Source of the DNA: Chloroflexota bacterium
GTDB lineage: Bacteria > Chloroflexota > Limnocylindria > Limnocylindrales > CSP1-4
Length of the DNA stretch: 32,494 bases
NCBI GenBank assembly: GCA_039933375.1
Contig: JBDTOF010000392.1
Span: 1 to 32,494, forward strand
Direction of reading: 5' to 3'
Made by a program: the position numbers and the translations under genes
In this document: piece after piece, positions 17,795-26,830 of the stretch
How the letters are laid out: every line of letters begins with the position of its first letter
Numbering within the stretch: position 1 is the first letter of the stretch
The notes under the pieces: model-generated
What the model saw: only the letters and a program-made list of their open reading frames with translations
Databases searched by the model: none
Told to the model about the DNA's origin: nothing

Positions 17795-18226
17795 TCAGTC
17801 CTCGGAAGATTCGAGCCCCAGGAGCTCCATCTGAACGTAACCGGTGGTGTCGAACGCCAGCTGCCGCGGCTCGAACCCCGATCGCTCGGCGACTTCGCCA
17901 GTCGGCGCATATTCGACGATCACCTTCTCGTCACCCTGGACGAGGGTGTAGACGAGCAACTGGTCCGGGCGGGTCTCGAACTCCAGATGCTCGAAGGAGT
18001 CGACGTTCAGGGTCACGGCGATCGGGGTGAAGAAGGTCGATACCTCGGGCTCATCGACCACGATCCGCTCGACCCAGCCAGTCCCATGCGAAACGAGCTC
18101 ACGACCCCGCAGATACCGGTAGGTGACGGTCTGCTTGAGCAGAGGGCGGAGGAGGTTCAGCATGTCCTCGCGGCTCGAGACGACGCCATCGTTGACGAAG
18201 AACTTCGCCGGTGGCTCGATGCTCAC
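17795..18226 (-). CDS. hypothetical beta-rich acidic protein (143 aa)
   Basis: GTG 18226 follows GGAGGAG; -10 TACCAT at 18271-18276; protein-like composition only from VSIEPPAKFF onward. Confidence 0.8.
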   Translation of the reverse strand: MSIEPPAKFFVNDGVVSSREDMLNLLRPLLKQTVTYRYLRGRELVSHGTGWVERIVVDEPEVSTFFTPIAVTLNVDSFEHLEFETRPDQLLVYTLVQGDEKVIVEYAPTGEVAERSGFEPRQLAFDTTGYVQMELLGLESSED

Positions 18227-18377
18227 GAGACTGCTCCTCCGATGGGCACGGGGCGGACGGAACGGTGTCGATGGTACCGCACCCGATCGGCCGGGACCAC
18301 TCCGAATTCGGTCGACGCGTGGCGACCACGCCCAGGTGGCGATGAGGGCGAAGGACGGGCGCGCGTATGATCGGGCC

Positions 18378-19229
18378 ATGCTGCTCGCTCTTGACATCGG
18401 CAACACGAATATCACCCTCGGCTGGTTCCGCGCCGGCGCCCTGACCGGCAGCCGTCGTGCGGTGACCGCTGCGCGAGCCACGACCGACGAGATCGAACGG
18501 CTCATCGAGGAACGATTGAGCCTGGATGGGCTGGCTCTCTCCGACGTCTCCGCGATTGCCGTGGTGTCGGTGGTCCCGGCACTGACGAGTGCCATCGACT
18601 CGATCTCGCGACGTCGCGGCGTCCCGCTTCTCGTCGCAGACGCACGAACGATCCCGATTCCGATCGAGGTCGATCAGCCCGACGACGTCGGACCCGATCG
18701 ACTGGTCAACGCGCTGGCGGCCGCACGGTTGTATGGCGCCCCGGTCGTCGTGGCCGATTTCGGAACTGCCACCACGGTCGACGCAGTCGGATCGGACGGC
18801 GCCTTCCTGGGTGGCGCCATTGCACCCGGCCTGGACCTGGGGCTCGAGGCTCTGGCCGCCCGGACCGCGCGCCTGCCGCGCGTCGAGCTGCGGGTGCCTG
18901 ATCGAGTCATTGGCCGTGACACGATTTCGGCGATCCAGGCAGGCACCGTGATCGGCTATCAGGCGCTGGCCTCGGGTCTGATCGATCGAGTCCGGACGGA
19001 ACTGGCCGGAGCGGAATCGGTCGATGCCAGCGCGGTTCGGGTCGTCATGACCGGGGGCCTGAGCGCTGCGAGATGGGCTGACGGCGTGACCGGGTATGAC
19101 GTGATCGACCCAGCGCTGACGCTGAAGGGTCTGGCGCTGCTCCATGCGGAAGTTGCCGGCGGCCATCCATTTGTCCAGGGCACCGAGGATCCGGCTCGAC
19201 GGCACCAGTTCGCCGGCGGTCCCGGCTGA
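18378..19229 (+). CDS. coaX: type III pantothenate kinase
   Basis: LALDIGNT, SVVP, GPDRL, DFGTATT, GGAIAPG, MTGG; leaderless TATGAT-N6-ATG. Confidence 0.96.
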   Translation: MLLALDIGNTNITLGWFRAGALTGSRRAVTAARATTDEIERLIEERLSLDGLALSDVSAIAVVSVVPALTSAIDSISRRRGVPLLVADARTIPIPIEVDQPDDVGPDRLVNALAAARLYGAPVVVADFGTATTVDAVGSDGAFLGGAIAPGLDLGLEALAARTARLPRVELRVPDRVIGRDTISAIQAGTVIGYQALASGLIDRVRTELAGAESVDASAVRVVMTGGLSAARWADGVTGYDVIDPALTLKGLALLHAEVAGGHPFVQGTEDPARRHQFAGGPG

Positions 19230-19234
19230 CGTCG

Positions 19235-20629
19235 ATGCCGGAGACGCGCGCTCCCCGCCTCGCCGGGCGCCTGATCGCACTCGGCGTCACCGGCTCCATT
19301 GCGGCCTACAAGGCCGTCGAGTTACTGCGTCTCCTGGCCGCGGAGGGTGCCGACGTCGTCGTCCTGTTATCGCCGTCGGCGACCCGGTTCGTCGGTCCCC
19401 TGAGCTTTGCCGCCCTGTCCCGCCATCCGGTCGAGAGCGACCTGATGGAATTGCTGCCCGACGGCCGAATCGGCCACATCGTCATCGCCGACAGCGCCGA
19501 CGCCCTCGTTGTTGCGCCGGCCACCGCCCATTGGCTCGGAGCCATGGCCAACGGGCTTGCGGGAGACGTGGTGACGGCCGCCTGCCTGGCCAGTTCGGCG
19601 CCCGTCATCGTGGCACCGGCGATGGACGGTGACATGTGGGCGCATCCCGCGACCAGGGCGAACGTCCGCCGCCTGCACGACGACTTCGGCTATTCCGTGG
19701 TGGGACCGGAGATCGGGCCGCTGGCCTCGGGAGCTTCTGGCATCGGACGCCTGGCTGAGCTGGACTCGATCGTCGATGCCGTGGTCCGGGCTGTCGAGGA
19801 CCGCCCGATCCGCCAGCCCGGCGCGGTAGAGCGGCCGCCGCTCGCCGTGGAATCCGTGCGCGAAGCGGATCTGACCGGCCGGCACCTCGTCGTGACCGCG
19901 GGCGGCACCCGCGAGCCGATCGACCCGGTTCGCTTCATTGGCAATCATTCCAGCGGCAAGATGGGCGTTGCGATCGCCGAGGCAGCCCTGGACCGCGGGG
20001 CCGCTGTGACCCTCATCGCCGCCGCCGTGAGCGTGCCCCTCCCGGAGGATCGAGCGCAGGTTGTGCGGGTCGAGACGGCGGCAGACCTGCGGAGCGCGAT
20101 CCAGGGTGTGTTGTTCGGAGGGTCGATGCCACCCTCAACGGCCCGATTTGATGCGCTCGTCATGGCGGCGGCAGTCGCGGATTTCGTGCCCGCCAGCCCG
20201 TCATCAACGAAGCTCGCCCGCGGGGACGGACTCACGTTGCACCTGGAACCAACACCGGATCTGCTCGCCGAAGTCGCGAGGACCGTGCACGGGCTCGACG
20301 GCAGCGGAGCAACGACTCACCAGCCGGTCCTGCCTCGTCCGTTCCTCGTCGGCTTCGCGGCCGAAACCGGGTCGCTGGCACGCGCCGGCGACAAGCTTCG
20401 GCGCAAGCACATCGACCTCCTGGTAGCCAACGACGTCAGCGAGACCGGTTCCGGGTTCGGGACCGACACGAACCGTGTCGTGCTCCTCGGCGCAGACGGG
20501 ACCGAATCCGCCCTGCCACTGCTCCCCAAGCGTGTCGTCGCCGATCGGATCCTCGATCGGATCGTGGCGGCATTGGACGCCCGGGAGCCAGCCGGGCAGA
20601 CTGCAGCCATGCAGGAGCAACCACGATGA
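19235..20629 (+). CDS. coaBC: bifunctional phosphopantothenoylcysteine decarboxylase/ligase
   Basis: GVTGSIAAYK, APATA, TAGGTREPIDPVRFIGNHSSGKMG, AAVADF, VGFAAET. Confidence 0.96.
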   Translation: MPETRAPRLAGRLIALGVTGSIAAYKAVELLRLLAAEGADVVVLLSPSATRFVGPLSFAALSRHPVESDLMELLPDGRIGHIVIADSADALVVAPATAHWLGAMANGLAGDVVTAACLASSAPVIVAPAMDGDMWAHPATRANVRRLHDDFGYSVVGPEIGPLASGASGIGRLAELDSIVDAVVRAVEDRPIRQPGAVERPPLAVESVREADLTGRHLVVTAGGTREPIDPVRFIGNHSSGKMGVAIAEAALDRGAAVTLIAAAVSVPLPEDRAQVVRVETAADLRSAIQGVLFGGSMPPSTARFDALVMAAAVADFVPASPSSTKLARGDGLTLHLEPTPDLLAEVARTVHGLDGSGATTHQPVLPRPFLVGFAAETGSLARAGDKLRRKHIDLLVANDVSETGSGFGTDTNRVVLLGADGTESALPLLPKRVVADRILDRIVAALDAREPAGQTAAMQEQPR

Positions 20630-21549
20630 GTGCATCGAACGAGACCATTCGCCGCCTGACCGTCACCGACATCCTGCGGATGCACGCCGATGGCGAGCGG
20701 CTCCCGATGCTGACGGCCTACGACTACCCGACCGCCCAGATCCTCGACGAGGCCGGGATTCCACTGCTGCTGGTCGGCGACTCGCTGGGCCAGGTTCTGC
20801 TCGGGTACGACTCCACCGTCCGGGTGACGATGACGGAGATGCTTCATCACACCGCGGCCGTCGTGCGCGGAACGAAGCGCGCCCTTGTCATCGGGGACAT
20901 GCCGTTCCTGTCGTATGCATCCGTCGACGAGGCCATGGAGAATGCCGGCCGCTTCCTACGCGAGAGCGGCGCCACGGCCGTCAAGGTCGAGGGTGGGGTG
21001 CGCAGCGCTCGGACGGTCGAGGCGCTGGTCCGCGCCGGTATCCCCGTTATGGGGCACATCGGCTGGACACCCCAGTCGCAACATGGACTCGGTGGCAAGG
21101 TGCGCGTCCAGGGCAAGAGTCGCGAAACTGCCCGCGCCCTCCTGTCCGATGCAAACGCCATCCAGGAGGCAGGCGCCTTCTCGATCGTTCTCGAGCTCGT
21201 TCCAGAGCAGCTCGCGTCGATCATCACTTCGCGCCTGCGCATCCCGACGATCGGAATCGGTGCTGGGCCGGGCTGCAGCGGCCAGGTCCAGGTCATCACC
21301 GATCTCCTTGGCCTGGGGTCATTCACGCCACGACACGCCAGGCCATACGCAGACCTCGCGGGGACGATCCGGGCTGCTGCCGTGGCCTGGGCATCCGATG
21401 TTGTCGGCGGTACCTTCCCTGGCCCGGCCGAGACGGTCAGGATGGACGATGCGACACTCGACGAGGCGCTCGGCCGCACCGTCGACGACCAGGCCGGCGC
21501 CAACTCGGGCGCCCTCCTCGCGGGGATCCCGCTCGACCGCGACCTCTGA
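20626..21549 (+). CDS. panB: 3-methyl-2-oxobutanoate hydroxymethyltransferase
   Basis: LTAYD, LVGDSLG, DMPF, VKVEGG, GHIGWTPQ, IGIGAG. Confidence 0.97.
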   Translation: MSASNETIRRLTVTDILRMHADGERLPMLTAYDYPTAQILDEAGIPLLLVGDSLGQVLLGYDSTVRVTMTEMLHHTAAVVRGTKRALVIGDMPFLSYASVDEAMENAGRFLRESGATAVKVEGGVRSARTVEALVRAGIPVMGHIGWTPQSQHGLGGKVRVQGKSRETARALLSDANAIQEAGAFSIVLELVPEQLASIITSRLRIPTIGIGAGPGCSGQVQVITDLLGLGSFTPRHARPYADLAGTIRAAAVAWASDVVGGTFPGPAETVRMDDATLDEALGRTVDDQAGANSGALLAGIPLDRDL

Positions 21550-21556
21550 GCCGGCG

Positions 21557-22393
21557 TTGACGCGAGTCGTTCGGACTCGCGCGGCCCTCAGGGCCGCGCT
21601 CGCCGAGTGCCCCCGCCCGATCGGACTGGTCCCGACGATGGGCTGGTTGCACGAGGGGCATCGCACACTGATCGCCCGGGGGCGGTCCGAGAACGCCACG
21701 ACGGTCGTCTCGATCTTCGTCAACCCTCGTCAGTTCGGGGATCCCGGCGACCTCGAGCAGTACCCTCGCAATGAGCGGCGGGACGTGGCCATCTGCGAGG
21801 CCGAGGGTGTCGACCTCGTCTTTGCCCCGACCGTGGACGAGATCTATGCGCCGGGATTCGACACGGTCGTGTCGGTCGGCGAGATCGCTCGTCCACTTGA
21901 GGGTGCGGCCAGACCAGGCCATTTCGAGGGCGTGGCCACGGTCGTGGCGGTGTTGTTCGGGCTCGTCCGAGCCGAGCGAGCGTACTTCGGGCAGAAGGAC
22001 GCCCAACAGGTCGCGGTGATCCGGCGCATGGCCATCGATCTGGCCCTCCCGACCGAGGTGATCGCCTGCCCCACCGTCCGGGAGCCGGACGGGCTCGCCA
22101 TGTCGTCCCGCAACGTCCACCTCGATCCAGGTGAGCGCGTCGCCGCGTCGGTCCTCCATCGCGCCCTGACTCGGGCCAAGGACGCCTGGGCCGGCGGCGA
22201 GCGTGGGGGCGACGCACTCCGAGAGGCCATGCGGGCCGAGTTGGCAGCGGAGCCCCTCGCGGCCGTTGACTACGTTTCGTGCGCCGACCCAGACACGCTT
22301 CGCGAGCTCTCGTTGGTCACGGGGCCGGCCGTCCTGTCGCTCGCGGTCCAGATCGGCTCGACTCGCCTCATCGACAACGAGCCGATCGGCTGA
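21557..22393 (+). CDS. panC: pantoate--beta-alanine ligase
   Basis: PTMGWLHEGH, SIFVNPRQF, RPGHFEGV, FGQKDAQQ, GLAMSSRN, RLIDN; TTG start 8 nt after the panB stop. Confidence 0.96.
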   Translation: MTRVVRTRAALRAALAECPRPIGLVPTMGWLHEGHRTLIARGRSENATTVVSIFVNPRQFGDPGDLEQYPRNERRDVAICEAEGVDLVFAPTVDEIYAPGFDTVVSVGEIARPLEGAARPGHFEGVATVVAVLFGLVRAERAYFGQKDAQQVAVIRRMAIDLALPTEVIACPTVREPDGLAMSSRNVHLDPGERVAASVLHRALTRAKDAWAGGERGGDALREAMRAELAAEPLAAVDYVSCADPDTLRELSLVTGPAVLSLAVQIGSTRLIDNEPIG

Positions 22394-22438
22394 CAGGACA
22401 CCCGGCATGAGTCCGCGCGTTGTCGCAGGTGCCTGGAA

Positions 22439-23599
22439 CTACGGTTCGGTTGCGACCTCGAGGATCCGTTCCACGTCCAGGTACCCGGCGACGAGCTCCT
22501 TGATCAACTCGATCTTGACCAGGTCCGCTGGGTGCGTCTTGACCAGCAGGTCGTGGATCTCGGATGTGACCGCGTAGGTGTCCTCGGCCACGAGCGTGGC
22601 GAAGAGATCGGCGCGCCGGATCGCGTCGATGACGGCGGGTCGCGGGCGATAGCCGCCAGTCAGGACCAGCCCGATGGCCGCCCCCTCGTGGGAATCAATG
22701 ACATCGATGAGGGCGGCTGCGGATCGTGGATCCCGGTCTTCCGGGTCCGATTCGCCGGACAGGCCCAGCTGATGGGCTGTCGTCAGGGTCAGGATCACGT
22801 CCTCGCGGTCGCCCGGCACGATGACCAGCGTCCCCGGCCCGACTCGCTCCAGCATGTGCCGGGGCTCCATCGCCCCGACCGCCACGCCGTCGATGACGCG
22901 CTCGAGATCCGGTCCCTCGTGGAGCAACTCGCCGCGAACACCCTCGAGAACCATCTCGAGGGTCGGGTTGGACAGGATCGGGCGGACGGGCAGGACGCCA
23001 AGGAGCGGGATCCGGTATGGCTCGAGACCGCGAGCAATGACCTTGGCGATGCCCGGCTGGGCATCGATGTCGACCTTGTTGACGATCGCCCCGGCCACCT
23101 CGACGCCGTGGGCCCGGAAGAGCGCCGCGTTCAGCACGATCTCGTCGATCGGGCGGCCAACTCCGCCCTCGCTGACGATCACCGTCGGCGCCCCGAGCAT
23201 CGCCGCGACCGCCGCATTGGACAAACCGATGACCGCGCCAACGCCAGCGTGTCCGGTCCCTTCGATCAGCAGGATGTCGTGATCCCGGTAGCTCTGACGG
23301 GCATCGACGATCCTTCCGCCGAGATCGTCGACGACCTGGCCCGCGATGTAGGCCTTGGTGAACCCGCGTGGGATATGGATCGGACTCATCACGCGGTAAG
23401 GCTCGGGCAGCCCGAACGTCTCGTGCATCAGGACCGCGTCTTCGTCCGCGGGCTCACCGTGGTCGATGACGGTCCGCTGGCCGACCGGCTTCATGAATCC
23501 CGCACGCAGCCCGCGCGAAATGAACCCGTCGAGGAGGCCGAGCGAGGTCGTGGTCTTACCGCGGTTCTGCCCGGTCGCGGCGAGGTACAGCTGTCGCAT
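22439..23599 (-). CDS. BioD-like P-loop plus DRTGG domain protein (Pta N-terminal region without the acetyltransferase domain)
   Basis: GQNRGKTT, FMKPVGQ, LLIEG, GAIVNK, VIVPGDREDV. Confidence 0.85.
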   Translation of the reverse strand: MRQLYLAATGQNRGKTTTSLGLLDGFISRGLRAGFMKPVGQRTVIDHGEPADEDAVLMHETFGLPEPYRVMSPIHIPRGFTKAYIAGQVVDDLGGRIVDARQSYRDHDILLIEGTGHAGVGAVIGLSNAAVAAMLGAPTVIVSEGGVGRPIDEIVLNAALFRAHGVEVAGAIVNKVDIDAQPGIAKVIARGLEPYRIPLLGVLPVRPILSNPTLEMVLEGVRGELLHEGPDLERVIDGVAVGAMEPRHMLERVGPGTLVIVPGDREDVILTLTTAHQLGLSGESDPEDRDPRSAAALIDVIDSHEGAAIGLVLTGGYRPRPAVIDAIRRADLFATLVAEDTYAVTSEIHDLLVKTHPADLVKIELIKELVAGYLDVERILEVATEP

Positions 23600-23647
23600 G
23601 GGTCAGGCGCTCAGCCGGCGGGCCTGACGAGCCGGTGCCACCGATCG

Positions 23648-24253
23648 TCAGGAACGAGCAGCGGTCTTGCGCTCGATCAGCTGCACCCCATCTCGAAGCC
23701 GGGACAGCGTGTCTGCGTCGACGGCTTCTGACTCCAGGTAGGGCCCGAGGCGATCCATCACGTCAGCAACCAGGCTGAGGAATACCACGGCGTCCGCGAC
23801 GAAGAACTGCGGCTCGTTGTTGTAGCGAACGAGCGTCAGACGGCCCTGCAGGACGCGGCGCTCCTCGACATGCGCAATCTGGGTCGCGAAATTGTGGCCC
23901 TGGATGCCATCCGGGTTGTTGAGGAAGTTCAGAGCGTTGTCGATGGCCAGACCGAATCGGGCCCGCCAGGCCACGAGGCGTTCGTGAACCTCGGGCGGGA
24001 TGCGCACCTCGGCCACTTCGTCGAACACCTCGGGCGCCACGGTGAGCAGGCCGACGAGGGTGGTGCCGGCTCGAGCGCCAAGCATGACCTGCAGGCTGCG
24101 CTCAAGGGTGAAGACCTCGGAATCGAAGCGCGGGCTCGTGATGACGTCCGTCAGGAGGTCCTCGACATTGTCGAGCGTGCCCGGTTCAACGACCGCGTTG
24201 GCCAGGTGGCTGATCTCTTCCTTGAACAGGAACTTTTCTTCGTGGTCCAGCAT
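23648..24253 (-). CDS. hypothetical protein (201 aa)
   Basis: Start reassigned to ATG 24253 from TGc-TACCAT-N7-ATG; helical N-terminal part, three-strand-plus-helix C-terminal part. Confidence 0.8.
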   Translation of the reverse strand: MLDHEEKFLFKEEISHLANAVVEPGTLDNVEDLLTDVITSPRFDSEVFTLERSLQVMLGARAGTTLVGLLTVAPEVFDEVAEVRIPPEVHERLVAWRARFGLAIDNALNFLNNPDGIQGHNFATQIAHVEERRVLQGRLTLVRYNNEPQFFVADAVVFLSLVADVMDRLGPYLESEAVDADTLSRLRDGVQLIERKTAARS

Positions 24254-24310
24254 GTCGGCGATGGTAGCACTCGATTTCGCCGGCATCCCAGTCATCGAAG
24301 GGCTGGCCGT

Positions 24311-24352
24311 GAATCAGTAGGCCCCGACCAACGACCGGGGCCTTTCTGACTC
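24311..24352 (-). terminator. hairpin downstream of gdhA
   Basis: AGGCCCCG...CGGGGCCT perfect 8-bp stem extended by GAGUCAG/CUGAUUC; no clear U-tract on the minus strand. Confidence 0.55.
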
Positions 24353-24367
24353 AGTACGTGGCGCAGA

Positions 24368-25633
24368 TCACGGGTACAGGCCGCGGAGCTGCATCACGTC
24401 CGCCACCCGCTGGACGGCGAGGAGATAGGCCGCCGTTCGCATGTCGCACTGCTCGCGCCGCGCAATGGCCAGCACGGAGACGAACGCCTTGACCATGATC
24501 TCCTTGAGCTTCTCGTTGACGATCTGCTCGCTCCAGTGGTCACGGTTGAGGTCCTGGACCCACTCGAAGTACGAGACCGTGACGCCGCCGGCGTTGCACA
24601 GGATGTCCGGGATCATGAACTTGGAGTTCTTCCAGAGAATCTTGTCGGCTTCCGGCGTCGTCGGCCCATTGGCGGCCTCGGCGATGAGGCGCGCCTTGAC
24701 GTGGGGGGCCACTTCCTTGGTGATCTGATTCTCAAGCGCGGCCGGGATCAGGATTTCACAATCGACGGTCAGGACATCGGTGCTGGAGACATCGACTGCG
24801 CCGGGGAAGCCCTGGACGGTTCCGTGCTCCTTCTTCCAGGCGATCACCCGTGCGACGTCGAGACCCGCCGGGGCGTGGATCCCGCCAGTCGAGTCGGAGA
24901 CCGCGACGACCGTCGCGCCCTCGGCCGAGATCAAGGTGGCCGCAATCGATCCGGCATTACCGAAGCCCTGAACGGCGACGCGGGACTTCGCCAGTTCCAT
25001 TCCGAGGTGCCGGGCAGCCTCCACGATGCAGTAAACGGTTCCGCGGGCAGTCGCTTCGTTGCGACCTTCAGAGCCGCCCAGGCTGATGGGCTTGCCGGTC
25101 ACCACGCCCGGCACGGTGTAGCCGGCATGCATGGAGTACGTGTCCATCATCCAGGCCATGATCTGCGAGTTGGTATTGACGTCGGGAGCGGGAATGTCCT
25201 TCTCGGGCCCGACGAGGACTTCGATCTCGGTGAAGAAGCGGCGGGTGAGCGCCTCGAGCTCCCGCATCGAGAGCTTCTTGGGGTCAACGATGACGCCGCC
25301 CTTGCCACCGCCGTATGGGATGCCGACGACGGCGCACTTCCAGGTCATCCACATGGCGAGGGCCTTGACCTCGTCGCGCGAGACGTTCTGGTGGTACCGG
25401 ATGCCGCCTTTGGCGGGTCCCCGGCCGAGGTTGTGCTGGACGCGATACCCGGTGAAGACGCGGACCGAGCCGTCATCCATGTGAACCGGGAAGTTGACGG
25501 TCAACTCCCGGCGCGGCTCGCGGAGGACGGCCCGCATGCCGTCATCGAGGCCGAGACGCTCGGCGGCGAGGTCGAATTGCTCCTTCGCCACCGTCCATGG
25601 ATTGATCTCGACGGTGGCTGATTCGGTGGTCAT
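24368..25633 (-). CDS. gdhA: glutamate dehydrogenase (Glu/Leu/Phe/Val DH family)
   Basis: YRVQH, KGGIRYH, MTWKC, GGGKGG, PAPD, VQGFGNAG, GGVTVSYFEW; ATG 25633 follows GGAGG; -10 TATACT at 25757-25762. Confidence 0.93.
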   Translation of the reverse strand: MTTESATVEINPWTVAKEQFDLAAERLGLDDGMRAVLREPRRELTVNFPVHMDDGSVRVFTGYRVQHNLGRGPAKGGIRYHQNVSRDEVKALAMWMTWKCAVVGIPYGGGKGGVIVDPKKLSMRELEALTRRFFTEIEVLVGPEKDIPAPDVNTNSQIMAWMMDTYSMHAGYTVPGVVTGKPISLGGSEGRNEATARGTVYCIVEAARHLGMELAKSRVAVQGFGNAGSIAATLISAEGATVVAVSDSTGGIHAPAGLDVARVIAWKKEHGTVQGFPGAVDVSSTDVLTVDCEILIPAALENQITKEVAPHVKARLIAEAANGPTTPEADKILWKNSKFMIPDILCNAGGVTVSYFEWVQDLNRDHWSEQIVNEKLKEIMVKAFVSVLAIARREQCDMRTAAYLLAVQRVADVMQLRGLYP

Positions 25634-25833
25634 GTGCTCGGAGTTCCTCCGGTTCGGGCCGGCGCCTACCGGCTCGATTCTGAGCCGTCTCCCGGACGAC
25701 CCCACGGTGCGCAGGCTCCCGACCAGCGGGACACCTCACGCGCGGAATGCGTTCGGAGTATAGCCGCAGGTGCCCGGGCCCGACACCGTCCGGAATCCCG
25801 GTTGTAACCGTGCCGCAACCCGGATTACGGGGG

Positions 25834-26688
25834 CTATTCGGCCCGGTACAACGCCACGGCACCAACACAGCCAGGGCCGAGGTGGGGACCGACGGACGGC
25901 CCGACGAGGTCGATGGTCACGAGGGAAGGATCAATTCCGCCGGGCACTCGCGCCACGAGAGCGTCGCGGAAGATCTCGACTTCGGCGCCAGTGGTGTGCA
26001 AGACAGAAAGTCGTTCCATGGGCCTGATCGAGACGAGGTCGATCAGGCGCTCTCGGGCCTTGCCGCGGGTCCGGACCTTATCGATGGTCTCGACCTTGCC
26101 GTCCTTGACCTCGATGATCGGCTTCATCGACAGGAGCGTCCCGATGGCCGCCTGGGCGCCGCTGATCCGTCCGCCACGCTTCAGATACTCGAGCGTGTCG
26201 AGCGCCACCATCATCACGACGTCGCTCCGGCGCGCTTCGCAGGTCCGAGCTATCTCAGCAGCCTCCGCCCCCGCCGCGGCCATCTTGACCGCAAGTTCTG
26301 CAAGGAGCCCCTCGCACATTGATGCGCCCAGGGTGTCGACGATGTGGATCTCGCGATCCGGCAACATGCCCTTCGCGATCTCGGCGCTCTTGATCGTTCC
26401 CGACAACGTCCCCGCGACGTGAATCGAGACGATGGAAGGTGCCCCGGCATCGAACGCGGCCTGATATGCGGCAAGGAAATCCCCGGGCGCCGAGGCAGCC
26501 GTCGTCGGAAATGGGGCGGCCGGCGCCGTCATCCGGGCCCAGAACTCAGTCGTGCTGAGCTCGACGCCGGCCCGGAAGCTCTCTTTGCCGAAGGTCACCT
26601 CGAGTGGCACGACGGTGATCCCGAGCGAGGCAGCGTGGGCAGGGTCAAGATCGGACGCCGAGTCCGTTACGATCGCGACGTGGCTCAC
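25834..26688 (-). CDS. DegV family fatty-acid-binding protein (FakB-like)
   Basis: IVTDSASDL, LSGT, YLKRGGRI, HLGPG; GTG 26688 follows GGAGG; -10 TATGAT at 26742-26747. Confidence 0.93.
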   Translation of the reverse strand: MSHVAIVTDSASDLDPAHAASLGITVVPLEVTFGKESFRAGVELSTTEFWARMTAPAAPFPTTAASAPGDFLAAYQAAFDAGAPSIVSIHVAGTLSGTIKSAEIAKGMLPDREIHIVDTLGASMCEGLLAELAVKMAAAGAEAAEIARTCEARRSDVVMMVALDTLEYLKRGGRISGAQAAIGTLLSMKPIIEVKDGKVETIDKVRTRGKARERLIDLVSIRPMERLSVLHTTGAEVEIFRDALVARVPGGIDPSLVTIDLVGPSVGPHLGPGCVGAVALYRAE

Positions 26689-26830
26689 TGGCGGTCCTCC
26701 GAAGGTGCCGGGCTGTCTGGCGAGCACCAGTCCTGCCGTCGATCATACGGGGCATCGAGGCCGGAGGGAACCAAAATCGGCGGAGCGCCCTGTCGCGCGA
26801 CGGGCCTGCTGAGCGGATACCCTTCCCCGC

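Noticed and set aside
20885-21556. Long N-terminal extension of PanC (502-aa track ORF)
   Set aside because: Alternative frame of panB; PanC homology starts at TTG 21557
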